DNA of 64,000 nt, from positions 960,001-1,024,000 of the forward strand of contig CAVQXP010000004.1 of the NCBI GenBank assembly GCA_963717935.1, written 5' to 3'. Each line of letters begins with the position of its first letter. Positions within the stretch are counted from its first letter, which is position 1. Shown here one piece after another: positions 21,679 through 30,369 of this stretch. The position numbers and the translations under genes were made by a program. This DNA is from Candidatus Eiseniibacteriota bacterium (GTDB taxonomy: Bacteria > Eisenbacteria > RBG-16-71-46). The notes under the pieces were generated by a model that was not told where the DNA came from, searched no databases, and saw only the letters and a program-made list of their open reading frames with translations.

Positions 21679-22320
21679 GTGGAACGGCTCGGCGACGCGC
21701 TCCTGTTGCTGGTGCTGCTCACGGACCTCTCGCTGCTGGTCACCGACCGGCTGAGCGCTTCCATCCGGCTGGTCGCGCTCCAGGGTGTGCTGCTCGGGCT
21801 GGCGCCGCTCACGCTGGCGCACGTGTTCTCGCTCCACCTCGCCGCCATCGTGATCGGCACGATCGCGATCAAGGCGGTGCTGCTGCCCCGCATCCTGCTG
21901 TGGGCCATCCGCGAGGCGGAGGTGCGGCACGAGCGCCAGCCCTCGATCGGGCATCTGCCCTCGCTGCTGCTGGGGCTGGCGGTGACCGGCATCGCCTTCG
22001 GCGTCGCTGGCCGCCTGCCGGCGCTCCCGGGCCACTCGCTGCCGCTGCTGATCCCGGTCGCGCTGTCCACGCTGATGATCGGTTTCCTGCTGCTCACCAG
22101 CCGGCGCAAGGCGCTCTCGCAGGTGCTGGGTTACCTGGTGCTCGAGAACGGGATCTACCTCTTCGGGCTCACGCTGGCGGACCGCCTGCCGCTGCTGGTC
22201 GAGATGGGCGTGCTGCTGGACGTGTTCGTGGGGGCGCTGATCATGGGTCTCGTGGTCTTCCAGATCCAGCGCGAGCTGGAGACCCTCGATTCACGCGAAC
22301 TGTCGCAGCTCACGGACTGA
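21679..22320 (+). CDS. hyfE: HyfE-like membrane subunit
   Basis: Hydrophobic; RRKALSQVLGYLVLENGI, EMGVLLDV. Confidence 0.88.
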   Translation: MERLGDALLLLVLLTDLSLLVTDRLSASIRLVALQGVLLGLAPLTLAHVFSLHLAAIVIGTIAIKAVLLPRILLWAIREAEVRHERQPSIGHLPSLLLGLAVTGIAFGVAGRLPALPGHSLPLLIPVALSTLMIGFLLLTSRRKALSQVLGYLVLENGIYLFGLTLADRLPLLVEMGVLLDVFVGALIMGLVVFQIQRELETLDSRELSQLTD

Positions 22321-23762
22321 TGCTCCTGCCCGCGCTGGTCCTGGTCCCGCTGCTCGGAGCGCTTGCGGCCTACCTCGACCGCTCCGCGGTACGGCGCTCG
22401 CTCTGGATCGTCGCCGTGGCCGTGGCCCACCTCGGCCTGGTGGCTCTGGCCTGGTGCGTGCGGCCCGCGCCCGCGGGACCCGGCTGGCTGGCGTTCGATC
22501 CGCTCGGCGGGCTGGTGCTCACGCTCACCAGTGTCGTGTTCCTGGCGGTCGCGCTCTACTCGGTGGGCTACCAGCGCCACGAGCCGCTGCGTGGGGGGAG
22601 GGCGTACGCGAGCTGCCTGCTGGCCTTCCTGGCCGCCGCGTCGGTCATCACGCTGACCCGCCACTTCGGGCTTCTCTGGGTGGCGATGGAGGCCACCACG
22701 CTCGCGACCGCACCGCTCATCTACGACCCGGCGGACCGCCGCTCGCTCGAGGCGGTCTGGAAGTACCTGGTGGTCTGCTCGGTGGGCATCGCGGTCGCGC
22801 TGCTGGGCGTGTTCTTCCTCGCCACCGCGCAGGTGGCGGGCGGCGCGGGCACCGGGCGCCCGCTGATGCTGGAGGACCTGCTCGCCGCGGGCCCGCTCCT
22901 GCACCCGGCCTGGCTGCGGGGCTCGTTCGTCTTCGTGCTGATCGGCTTCGGCACCAAGATGGGCCTGGCGCCGATGCACACCTGGCTGCCCGACGCGCAC
23001 GGCGAGGCGCCCTCGCCGATCTCGGCCCTACTCTCGGGGGCGCTGCTGAACCTGGCGTTCCTCGCGATCCTGCGCGAGCTGGCGGTGCTGCGGGCGGCGG
23101 AGCAGGGCGATTTCGCGGGGCCGCTGCTGGTGGGCTTCGGACTCTTCTCGGTCGCGGTGGCGGCCGCGTTCCTGTTCGGGCAGGGCAACTACAAGCGCAT
23201 GCTGGCCTACTCGAGCGTGGAGCACATGGGGATCCTCGCGGTGGGCGCTGGGTTGGCGGGGGTCGCGGCCTATGGCGCGCTGCTGCACGTGTTGAGCGCC
23301 TCGCTCGCCAAGGCGCTGCTCTTCCTGGTCGCGGGCAACGTGTGGCAGGGCACGGGCACGAAGCGCACGCGCGAAGTCACGGGCCTGGCGCGCCGGCTGC
23401 CGGTGAGCGCCGCGCTGCTGGTCGCGGGGTTCCTGGCCATCAGCGGCTCGCCGCCCTTCGGTCCGTTCCTGAGCGAGTTCACGCTGCTCACCGGCGCGGT
23501 GCGCTCGGGCGCCACGGGGACGGTCGTGGCGCTGCTGACGCTGCAGGCGCTGATCTTCATCTCGATGGGCTCGGCCATACTCGGCATGGTGCTGGGGCGC
23601 TCGCCTGCGGGGGCCGTGCCCGCGCCGCGCGAGAGCCTCTGGCTGGTCGCGCCGCCCGCGGCCCTGCTGGGGCTGGTGCTGCTGCTCGGCGTCTGGCTCC
23701 CGGAGGGCTTGCGGCAGACGCTGGCCGCGGCCGCCGCAGGCATCGGGGGCACGGCGCCATGA
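22320..23762 (+). CDS. hyfF: HyfF-like antiporter subunit
   Basis: WVAMEATTL, SLEAVWKY, GFGTKMGLAPMHTWLPDAHGEAP, KRMLAYSSVEHMG. Confidence 0.9.
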   Translation: MLLPALVLVPLLGALAAYLDRSAVRRSLWIVAVAVAHLGLVALAWCVRPAPAGPGWLAFDPLGGLVLTLTSVVFLAVALYSVGYQRHEPLRGGRAYASCLLAFLAAASVITLTRHFGLLWVAMEATTLATAPLIYDPADRRSLEAVWKYLVVCSVGIAVALLGVFFLATAQVAGGAGTGRPLMLEDLLAAGPLLHPAWLRGSFVFVLIGFGTKMGLAPMHTWLPDAHGEAPSPISALLSGALLNLAFLAILRELAVLRAAEQGDFAGPLLVGFGLFSVAVAAAFLFGQGNYKRMLAYSSVEHMGILAVGAGLAGVAAYGALLHVLSASLAKALLFLVAGNVWQGTGTKRTREVTGLARRLPVSAALLVAGFLAISGSPPFGPFLSEFTLLTGAVRSGATGTVVALLTLQALIFISMGSAILGMVLGRSPAGAVPAPRESLWLVAPPAALLGLVLLLGVWLPEGLRQTLAAAAAGIGGTAP

Positions 23763-25273
23763 GACTCCCCGGGCCCGAGGGTTTCCGCAACCGCCGCAGC
23801 ATCCCGTGGGCGGAAGTGCCGTGCCGCGAGGTGGCGGAGTTCCGCGGTGAGGTCGCGGGTGCGGTCGCCGCCGGCGCGCGGCTCATCTCGCTCTTCGGCC
23901 TGCCCGAAGACGATACGCGCACCCGCCTGGTCGCGGTGCTCGGCGACGACGAGCGGGCGGTGCTCGGGGTGAGCAGCGCGGTGGTCGGTACGAGCTATCC
24001 CGCCCTGACGCCGGAGTGCCCGCAGGCCCACCTGTTCGAGCGCGAGATCGCCGAGCAGTGCGGCGTCATGCCCGAGGGGCATCCGTGGCTCAAGCCGGTG
24101 CGACGCCACCCGCCCGATCACCTGCCGGCCGGACGCGCCGCAGTCGAGACCGACCGCGAGGCCTACCCGTTCTTCCAGGTGGCGGGGGAGGAGGTGCACG
24201 AGGTGGCGGTGGGGCCGGTACACGCGGGCATCATCGAGCCCGGGCACTTCCGCTTCCAGGCCCACGGCGAGGACGTGCTGTTCCTCGAGATCGTGCTGGG
24301 CTACCAGCACCGCGGGGTCGAGCGCCTGCTCGAGACGCTGCCGCCCGTGCGCGCCATGCAGGTCGCGGAGTCCATTGCCGGCGACACGGTGGTCGGGCAC
24401 GCCGAGGCGTTCTGCGGCGCGTTCGAGGCGCTCTCGCGCTGCCACAAGACACCGCGGGCGCAGGCCGTGCGCGGCTGCGCGCTGGAGCTCGAGCGGTTGG
24501 CGAACCACATCGGCGACCTGGGCGCGCTCGCCGGCGACGTGGCCTTCGCCCCCACAGCCGCGATCTGCGGGCGCGTGCGCGGCGACGTCCTCAACCTGCT
24601 CCTGGCGCTCTCGGGCAACCGCTTCGGGCGCGGCCTGGTGCGCCCGGGCGGCGTGGGCTTCGACCTGCCGGTGGCGCTGGCCGAGGCGATGCGCGCGCGC
24701 CTCAGCGCGATCGCCGCGGAGTTCGAGCAGGCAGCGGGGCTGTTCTTCGGCAGCGAGTCGGTGCAGGCGCGGCTCGAGGGCACGGGCGTGGTGCCGGCCG
24801 CGAGTTGCCGGGAGCTGGGCTTCGTCGGTCCCACCGCCCGCGCCTCGGCACTGGAGCGCGACGTGCGCCACGACCATCCCTGGGGGATCTACCGCTTCGC
24901 CCACATCCCGACCGCCACGGCGACGGGTGGCGACGCCGGGGCGCGCGCCATGGTGCGGGCGATCGAAGCACGGCGCTCGTTCGAGTTCCTGCAGGAGCAG
25001 TTGGCGGCGCTGCCGCGGGGCGAGGCGCTGTGCGCCACGCCCGGTGCGCTGGCGCCCGGCGAGTTGGTGGTGGCCCTGGCGGAGGGCTGGCGCGGCGAGA
25101 TCGCGCACGTCGCCGTGACCGACGCCGGGGGACGCGTGCGGCGCTGGAAGGTCACGGACCCGTCCTTCCGTGACTGGAGCGCGCTGGCCGTGGCGATGGC
25201 CGGCACGCCCATCTCCGATTTCCCGCTCTGCAACAAGAGCTTCAACCTGTCGTATGCGGGCCATGACCTGTAG
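23759..25273 (+). CDS. Ehr large subunit (NuoC+NuoD/HycE-like) lacking the NiFe-ligating CxxC motifs
   Basis: FEREIAE, VGPVHAGIIEPGHFRF, LELERLANH, EGWRGE; AESIAGD replaces RxCGxC and the C-terminus is SDFPLCNKSFNLSYAGHDL instead of DPCxxC. Confidence 0.9.
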   Translation: MRLPGPEGFRNRRSIPWAEVPCREVAEFRGEVAGAVAAGARLISLFGLPEDDTRTRLVAVLGDDERAVLGVSSAVVGTSYPALTPECPQAHLFEREIAEQCGVMPEGHPWLKPVRRHPPDHLPAGRAAVETDREAYPFFQVAGEEVHEVAVGPVHAGIIEPGHFRFQAHGEDVLFLEIVLGYQHRGVERLLETLPPVRAMQVAESIAGDTVVGHAEAFCGAFEALSRCHKTPRAQAVRGCALELERLANHIGDLGALAGDVAFAPTAAICGRVRGDVLNLLLALSGNRFGRGLVRPGGVGFDLPVALAEAMRARLSAIAAEFEQAAGLFFGSESVQARLEGTGVVPAASCRELGFVGPTARASALERDVRHDHPWGIYRFAHIPTATATGGDAGARAMVRAIEARRSFEFLQEQLAALPRGEALCATPGALAPGELVVALAEGWRGEIAHVAVTDAGGRVRRWKVTDPSFRDWSALAVAMAGTPISDFPLCNKSFNLSYAGHDL

Positions 25274-25333
25274 CGCGCGCCGCCCGACGGACGCTCGCGG
25301 CGCGCGGGCCCGGTGCGCGCAAGGGGGGCAGGC

Positions 25334-26107
25334 ATGCTGAGGTACCTGCTCGGTCGGTTCCGGCGCGGCAGCCACACGCTGCCCTACCCGCACACGGTCC
25401 CGGCGTTGCCGGAGCGCTACCGGGGCCGGCCCGTGCTCGATCGCGCTCTCTGCCCGGACGGATGCCGGGCGTGTGCGGCCGCTGCGCCCTCCGGGTTCCT
25501 GCGGCTGGGCGGCGACGGGGGGCCCGCGCTGGACCTGGGCGCCTGCCTCTTCAGTCCGGAGGAGGCCGCCGCGTGCCCGGCCGGCGCGATCCGCTTCAGC
25601 GGCGAGCACCGCATGGCCGCGTCCACGCGCGCTGCGCTCGTCACGGCCACGGGCGAGGTCGAGCTGGCGCACGCGCTGGAGGCCTCGGCGCGCCGGCTCT
25701 TCGGCCGCTCGCTCCGGCTGCGCTCGGTGGTGGCGGGCAGTTGCGGAGGCTGCGAGCCGGACATCGCGGTGCTGAGCACCGTGGTCTTCGACCTCGCGCG
25801 CTTCGGCATCCAGTTCGTGGCCTCGCCACGTCACGCGGACGGCATCGTGGTCACGGGTGCGGTCAACCCGAACATGCGCCTGGCGCTCGAGAAGACCTGG
25901 CAGGCCGTGCCCGGGCCGCGGCTGGTCATCGCGGTGGGCGCCTGCGCGCTCTCGGGCGGGCCGTTCGCGACGGGCCCGCAGGGCGGGACAGGCGTGCCGG
26001 CGGACCTGCCGGTGGACCTGTGCGTGCCGGGCTGCCCGCCGCATCCGCTCACGCTGCTGGACGGGCTGCTGCGCCTGCTGGGACGCCTCGAACGCGGCGA
26101 GCGCTGA
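25334..26107 (+). CDS. Ehr small subunit: degenerate ferredoxin-like domain + NuoB/HycG domain
   Basis: CPDGCRAC..LDLGACLF..CPAG; GSCGGCE, SPRHAD, VGACA, PGCPPHP. Confidence 0.88.
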   Translation: MLRYLLGRFRRGSHTLPYPHTVPALPERYRGRPVLDRALCPDGCRACAAAAPSGFLRLGGDGGPALDLGACLFSPEEAAACPAGAIRFSGEHRMAASTRAALVTATGEVELAHALEASARRLFGRSLRLRSVVAGSCGGCEPDIAVLSTVVFDLARFGIQFVASPRHADGIVVTGAVNPNMRLALEKTWQAVPGPRLVIAVGACALSGGPFATGPQGGTGVPADLPVDLCVPGCPPHPLTLLDGLLRLLGRLERGER

Positions 26108-26137
26108 CCGGAGGGCAAGACCGCGGCGGGAGACGGC

Positions 26138-26197
26138 GCGAGGACGAAGCACGGCGGGCCGGTCCGCAGGGACCGGCCCGCCGTGCTTCGTCCTCGC
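26138..26197. terminator. 28-bp perfect hairpin between convergent genes (REP-like copy 2, possible bidirectional terminator)
   Basis: GCGAGGACGAAGCACGGCGGGCCGGTCC-GCAG-exact reverse complement. Confidence 0.8.
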
Positions 26198-26845
26198 TCA
26201 GCGCGTGACGGTCACCTCGCCGCCGCGCTCGCGCAGCAACTCGCGGATCTTGGTCTTCACCAGGTCGATGGCCACCTTGTTGTGGCCGCCCTCGGGGATG
26301 ATGACGTCGGCCCAGCGCTTCGACGGCTCCACGAATTGCATGTGCATGGGCCGCACGCTCTCCTCGTACTGGCGGATGATGCTGTCGACCGAGCGCCCGC
26401 GCTCCACCAGGTCGCGCCGCAGGCGCCGGATGAAGCGCACGTCGGCATCCGCGTCGATGAACAGCTTGATGTCCATCAACTCGCGCAGCTCGGCGTCGGT
26501 GAAGATGAGGATGCCCTCGAGCACGATGATGAGGTGCTCGCCGATGTGGCGGGTCTCGTCCAGGCGGCGGTGCTCGGTGTAGTCGTAGATGGGCTGTTCG
26601 ACCGGCTCTCCCGACAGCAGCTCGCGGATGTGGCGCGTGAGCAGTCCGTTGTCGAAGGCGTCGGGATGGTCGAAGTTGCGGGACTCGCGGTCGCGGAAGG
26701 GGATGTTCTCGAGGTTCTTGTAGTAGGAGTCCTGGTCGATGATGACGACCCGGCCCGACCCCAGGTCGCGCACGATGTTCCGCGCGACCAGCGTCTTGCC
26801 GGAACCCGACCCTCCGGCGATCCCGATGAGGATTCGTCGCACCAT
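26198..26845 (-). CDS. udk: Uridine kinase
   Basis: GIAGGSGSGKT, DQDSYY, NFDHPDAFD, RRLRRD..ERGR, FVEPSKRWADVIIPEGG. Confidence 0.96.
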   Translation of the reverse strand: MVRRILIGIAGGSGSGKTLVARNIVRDLGSGRVVIIDQDSYYKNLENIPFRDRESRNFDHPDAFDNGLLTRHIRELLSGEPVEQPIYDYTEHRRLDETRHIGEHLIIVLEGILIFTDAELRELMDIKLFIDADADVRFIRRLRRDLVERGRSVDSIIRQYEESVRPMHMQFVEPSKRWADVIIPEGGHNKVAIDLVKTKIRELLRERGGEVTVTR

Positions 26846-26854
26846 CGGGACCGC

Positions 26855-26884
26855 AAGTTAGCATCCGGCTCGCGCAAGGGTCAA
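26855..26884 (-). promoter_or_regulatory. Sigma70-type promoter of udk
   Basis: TTGACC-18 nt-TAACTT with an extended TG; ATG 9 nt downstream. Confidence 0.65.
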
Positions 26885-26918
26885 CGAGGCGCCCGCCGGC
26901 CGCGGCCGGTCCCGCGCG

Positions 26919-28274
26919 TCAGCGCTTCGGCACGAGGAGCAGGATCGCGTGGTGCGCCGGATCCCTCAGCCAGTCCGCCCAGAAGTCGAACGCCGGCGAC
27001 ACGCTGGTGTCGAAGCGGCGGCGGTACTCGGCCCAGAACACGTCGTTGCCCCAGAGCGTCTGGGAGGCGAGCGAGGTGCAGAGCACGATGAGCGCCGCCG
27101 GGTCCTGCCGTACGCCGTCGACGAGCGCCTGGGGCATCGGCCCACCCATCATCCAGAGCAGGTTGTGGCGAATGTTGTCGTAGATCTCGCGCGGGATGGC
27201 CCCGTCGAGCAGGTCGGTGATGGTCTGTCTCAGGATCGCTGCGAGGCCCCGCGGGTCGGCGGCCTGCTGCGGGTCGGGTGGTGGGTAGAGGCGCGCGAAA
27301 CCCGGATCATCCAGCAGTGAGTACTGGAAGCGCGTGACGAGCGGACGGGTCGGCGGGCCCCAGTCCAGCTTGGCCTGCCCGCCCAGCAAGAGCGTGGCCA
27401 TGAAGAACGACGGGTGGAGCGTGTCCGAAAGCGCCGGCGCCATGAGGCCCAGGACGGCCACTGGCGCATCCACCCCGGGCTGCTTCAGGACGACCGTGAC
27501 CGAGTCGAGACGCGGAGCCTGGATGGCGGGGGGGCGGTCGCCCGCGGGCAGGTCGCCGAACTCGGTGGCGACGATGGAGTGCAGGTCGAGGCCCGAGAGG
27601 TCACCGGCCAGTGCGAGCACGCCGTTCGCGGGGACGTAGGCCCGGGCGATGGCCTGCTGCACGCTGGCGGGCGTCTCGCGGTCCAGGCCCTTCGCCGCGG
27701 TCAGCGCGGCGATGGCGTCCTTGTCCAGGCCGCGGGCGTACTCGCGCACCTGCCAGTAGAGCATCTGGTCCGCGGTGCCGGAGTACTTCTCCCGCACCAT
27801 CCGGTGCACCGTGGCGAGCGAGCTGCGCAGGTCTTCGTCGGTCACCGTCACGCCGCGCATCCGCATGGCCACCTGGTGAAGCATCCCGGGGAATTGCGAG
27901 GTCGTGCCGGTCTCGTTGAACAGGGTCTGGCGCTGGGTCACGCGCAGGCTCCAGCCCTGCGGCCGAAGGCTCTCCATCTCGCCGCGCGTGCGCTCCGGCG
28001 TGTCGCCCGCCGAGGCGGTGAAGGCCACCTCGGCCAATAGCGAGGCCAGCAGCGGCCGGTCGGCGGGATCGTGGTCCAGCCCGATGCGGTAACCCCAGGA
28101 GATGGAGATCGCGCGCGTGCCGGGCACGTCGCGCGCCACGACCTCGAGGCCGTTGGGCAGCGTCCAGCGGTCCACGGTCGTGCCGTCTTCGAGTTTGCTG
28201 GGCTCGGCCTGGGTGGCCCGCGCCGCGAACAGCACGCACAGGATCAGCAGGGTGCGGATTGCGTATCGGCTCAC
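26919..28274 (-). CDS. Exported M16 (insulinase)-like protein, probably catalytically inactive
   Basis: SD GAGGAG then GTG; signal peptide; WTLPNGLEV and YVPANGVLALAGD are M16 features; HxxEH is replaced by SLLAEVAF. Confidence 0.7.
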   Translation of the reverse strand: MSRYAIRTLLILCVLFAARATQAEPSKLEDGTTVDRWTLPNGLEVVARDVPGTRAISISWGYRIGLDHDPADRPLLASLLAEVAFTASAGDTPERTRGEMESLRPQGWSLRVTQRQTLFNETGTTSQFPGMLHQVAMRMRGVTVTDEDLRSSLATVHRMVREKYSGTADQMLYWQVREYARGLDKDAIAALTAAKGLDRETPASVQQAIARAYVPANGVLALAGDLSGLDLHSIVATEFGDLPAGDRPPAIQAPRLDSVTVVLKQPGVDAPVAVLGLMAPALSDTLHPSFFMATLLLGGQAKLDWGPPTRPLVTRFQYSLLDDPGFARLYPPPDPQQAADPRGLAAILRQTITDLLDGAIPREIYDNIRHNLLWMMGGPMPQALVDGVRQDPAALIVLCTSLASQTLWGNDVFWAEYRRRFDTSVSPAFDFWADWLRDPAHHAILLLVPKR

Positions 28275-28399
28275 GTGAACTCCTCGGCTGCGGCGGCCCG
28301 GGCCGCCGGGATGATCGTGGACGGGCTTCCATTCTAGAGGCTCCGGGCGCATCGCGCATCTCCGCCAGCCTCCGCGCTGGCGCGAGCGCCAGGGGGCAG

Positions 28400-28582
28400 G
28401 CAGGGATGGCCGGAGGGCGAGCAGGGACGGCCGAAGGTGGGCAGGGATGGCCGAAGGCGGGCAGGGATGGCCGAGGGACGGGCAGGGACGGCCGAAGACA
28501 GGCAGGGACGGCCGAAGGGTGGGCAGGGATGGCCGAAGGGCGAGCGTGTGGGTAATTAGCCGTCCTTCGGCCATCCCTGCCC
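28400..28582. repeat. Seven tandem 20/21-bp units (core GCAGGGAYGGCCG) plus one inverted copy
   Basis: Copies at 28400, 28421, 28441, 28461, 28482, 28502, 28523; inverted CCTTCGGCCATCCCTGCCC at 28564-28582. Confidence 0.92.
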
Positions 28583-28655
28583 GCCCCCCCCGTGCGATAC
28601 GTGCACTGTGCGACACGTGCGCCGTGCGGCACTTGCGCCGTGCCGCGCCGTGCGC

Positions 28656-28684
28656 TTGACCCCCCCGGTCGCGCTCCCTAGACT
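28656..28684 (+). promoter_or_regulatory. Sigma70-type promoter of the rpiB-add operon
   Basis: TTGACC-17 nt-TAGACT; ATG 9 nt downstream. Confidence 0.7.
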
Positions 28685-28693
28685 CGCGCTCCC

Positions 28694-29254
28694 ATGCACG
28701 AGCACGATGAATCCGAGGTCCGCCGTCTGGTGCGCGAGGCCGTGGACCGCGCGCTCGGCCCGGAGTCCGCCGCCGATCCGCGACCCGCGAGCCCCGCCTC
28801 CCGCCGCGTCGCCCTCGGCTCCGATCACGGCGGGTTCGAGCTCAAGGAGATCCTCCGCCAGTATGTCGCGGACGAGCTGGGCTGGGAGGTCCACGACTGC
28901 GGCACGCACTCCACCGACGCGGTCGACTACCCGGACTATGCCGCCGCGGTGGCGCGCGAGGTCGCGGCCGGCCGCTGTGCCCTTGGCATCGTGGTGGACG
29001 CGGCGGGCATCGGATCCGCGATGGCGGCGAACAAGATCGCCGGCGTGCGCTGCGCCGTGGGCCACGACGACCGCACCGTGCTCAACGGCCGCGAGCACAA
29101 CGACGCCAACATGCTCTCGCTTGGCGCGCGCGTCGTGAACCGGGGACTCGCGCAGCGCCTCGTGCGCCTGTTCCTCACGACCCCCTTCGCCGGCGGCCGT
29201 CACGAGCGCCGGGTGCAGAAGATCATGGCGCTCGAGCGCGGCTCCGGCCGGTAG
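28694..29254 (+). CDS. rpiB: Ribose-5-phosphate isomerase B (short N-terminal extension)
   Basis: LGSDHGG, VDYPD, GIGSAMAANKIAGVRCA, REHNDAN, FAGGRHERRV. Confidence 0.93.
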   Translation: MHEHDESEVRRLVREAVDRALGPESAADPRPASPASRRVALGSDHGGFELKEILRQYVADELGWEVHDCGTHSTDAVDYPDYAAAVAREVAAGRCALGIVVDAAGIGSAMAANKIAGVRCAVGHDDRTVLNGREHNDANMLSLGARVVNRGLAQRLVRLFLTTPFAGGRHERRVQKIMALERGSGR

Positions 29255-29292
29255 CGACGCCCCGGACACGACACCCCGACCCCACGAGGCCC

Positions 29293-30369
29293 ATGCGAAT
29301 CACCGAGCGAGTCATCCGGCGGCTGCCCAAGACCGACCTGCACTGCCACCTCGACGGCTGCCTGCGTCCGGGCACCGTCCTCGAGCTGGCCCGGGCGCAG
29401 GGCGTGAAGCTCCCGGCCCGCAGCCTGGCGCAGCTGACGAAGGTGCTGAAGGCGGGCAAGCGCACGCGCAATCTCGGCGAGTACCTCAAGATCTTCGACC
29501 TCACGCTGGCCGTGATGCAGGAGAAGGAGGCGCTCTACCGGGTCGCCTACGAGCTGGCCGAGGACGCCGCCGCGGAGAACGTCTGCCACCTCGAGGTGCG
29601 CTACTCGCCGATCCTGCACCGCAAGCGGAAACTCGACTTCGAGGACATCGTGGACACGGTCATCGCCGGCCTGCACGACGCGGGCAGCAAGTTCGGCATG
29701 ACCACGGGCGTGATCATCTGCGGCATCCGCTCGATGGACCCGAAGTTCTCGCTGGCGCTGGCCGAGCTGGCCGTGGCCTACAAGGGCAAGGGCGTGCTGG
29801 CCTTCGACCTGGCGGGGCAGGAAAAGGACTACCCGGCCAAGGCGCACCGTGCGGCGTTCGAGCTGATCCTCAAGAACAACATCAACTCGACCGTGCACGC
29901 GGGCGAGGCGTTCGGCCCGGCCTCGATCTCGCAGGCGCTCCATTACTGCGGGGCGCACCGCATCGGGCACGGCACGCTGTTGCTCGAGGACCGGGACCTG
30001 ATGCAGTACGTCAACGACCATCGCATCCCGCTCGAGATGTGCCTGACCTCGAACCTGCAGACCGGGGCGGTGCAGAACATCAAGGAGCATCCGCTCGGTC
30101 TGTACTTCCGCCAGGGCCTGCGCGTCACCGTGAACACCGACAACCGGCTCATGTCGGACACCACCGTGACGGACGAGATCAAGCTCGCCGCGAGCGCGTT
30201 CCGCCTCAGCCCCTACGAGGTCAAGCGGCTCATCATCAACGGCTTCAAGAGCTCCTTCCTGCCCTATGCCGCCAAGGCGCGCCGCCTGCGCGAGGTGAAC
30301 ATCGAGACGGACCGGATCTTCATGGAGGAGTTCCCGGACGAGTACGACCGGCGCCTGACGAGCTTCTGA
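29293..30369 (+). CDS. add: Adenosine deaminase
   Basis: LPKTDLHCHLDG, FDLAG, TVHAGE, RIGHG, CLTSN, NTDNRLMS. Confidence 0.93.
   Translation: MRITERVIRRLPKTDLHCHLDGCLRPGTVLELARAQGVKLPARSLAQLTKVLKAGKRTRNLGEYLKIFDLTLAVMQEKEALYRVAYELAEDAAAENVCHLEVRYSPILHRKRKLDFEDIVDTVIAGLHDAGSKFGMTTGVIICGIRSMDPKFSLALAELAVAYKGKGVLAFDLAGQEKDYPAKAHRAAFELILKNNINSTVHAGEAFGPASISQALHYCGAHRIGHGTLLLEDRDLMQYVNDHRIPLEMCLTSNLQTGAVQNIKEHPLGLYFRQGLRVTVNTDNRLMSDTTVTDEIKLAASAFRLSPYEVKRLIINGFKSSFLPYAAKARRLREVNIETDRIFMEEFPDEYDRRLTSF

Noticed and set aside
23759..25273. Functional NiFe hydrogenase-4 / formate hydrogenlyase large subunit
   Set aside because: Both Ni-binding CxxC motifs are missing; classed as Ehr.
28400..28582. 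Possible CRISPR array
   Set aside because: Units are contiguous with only a few variable bases, there are no unique 25-45 nt spacers, and no cas genes are present.
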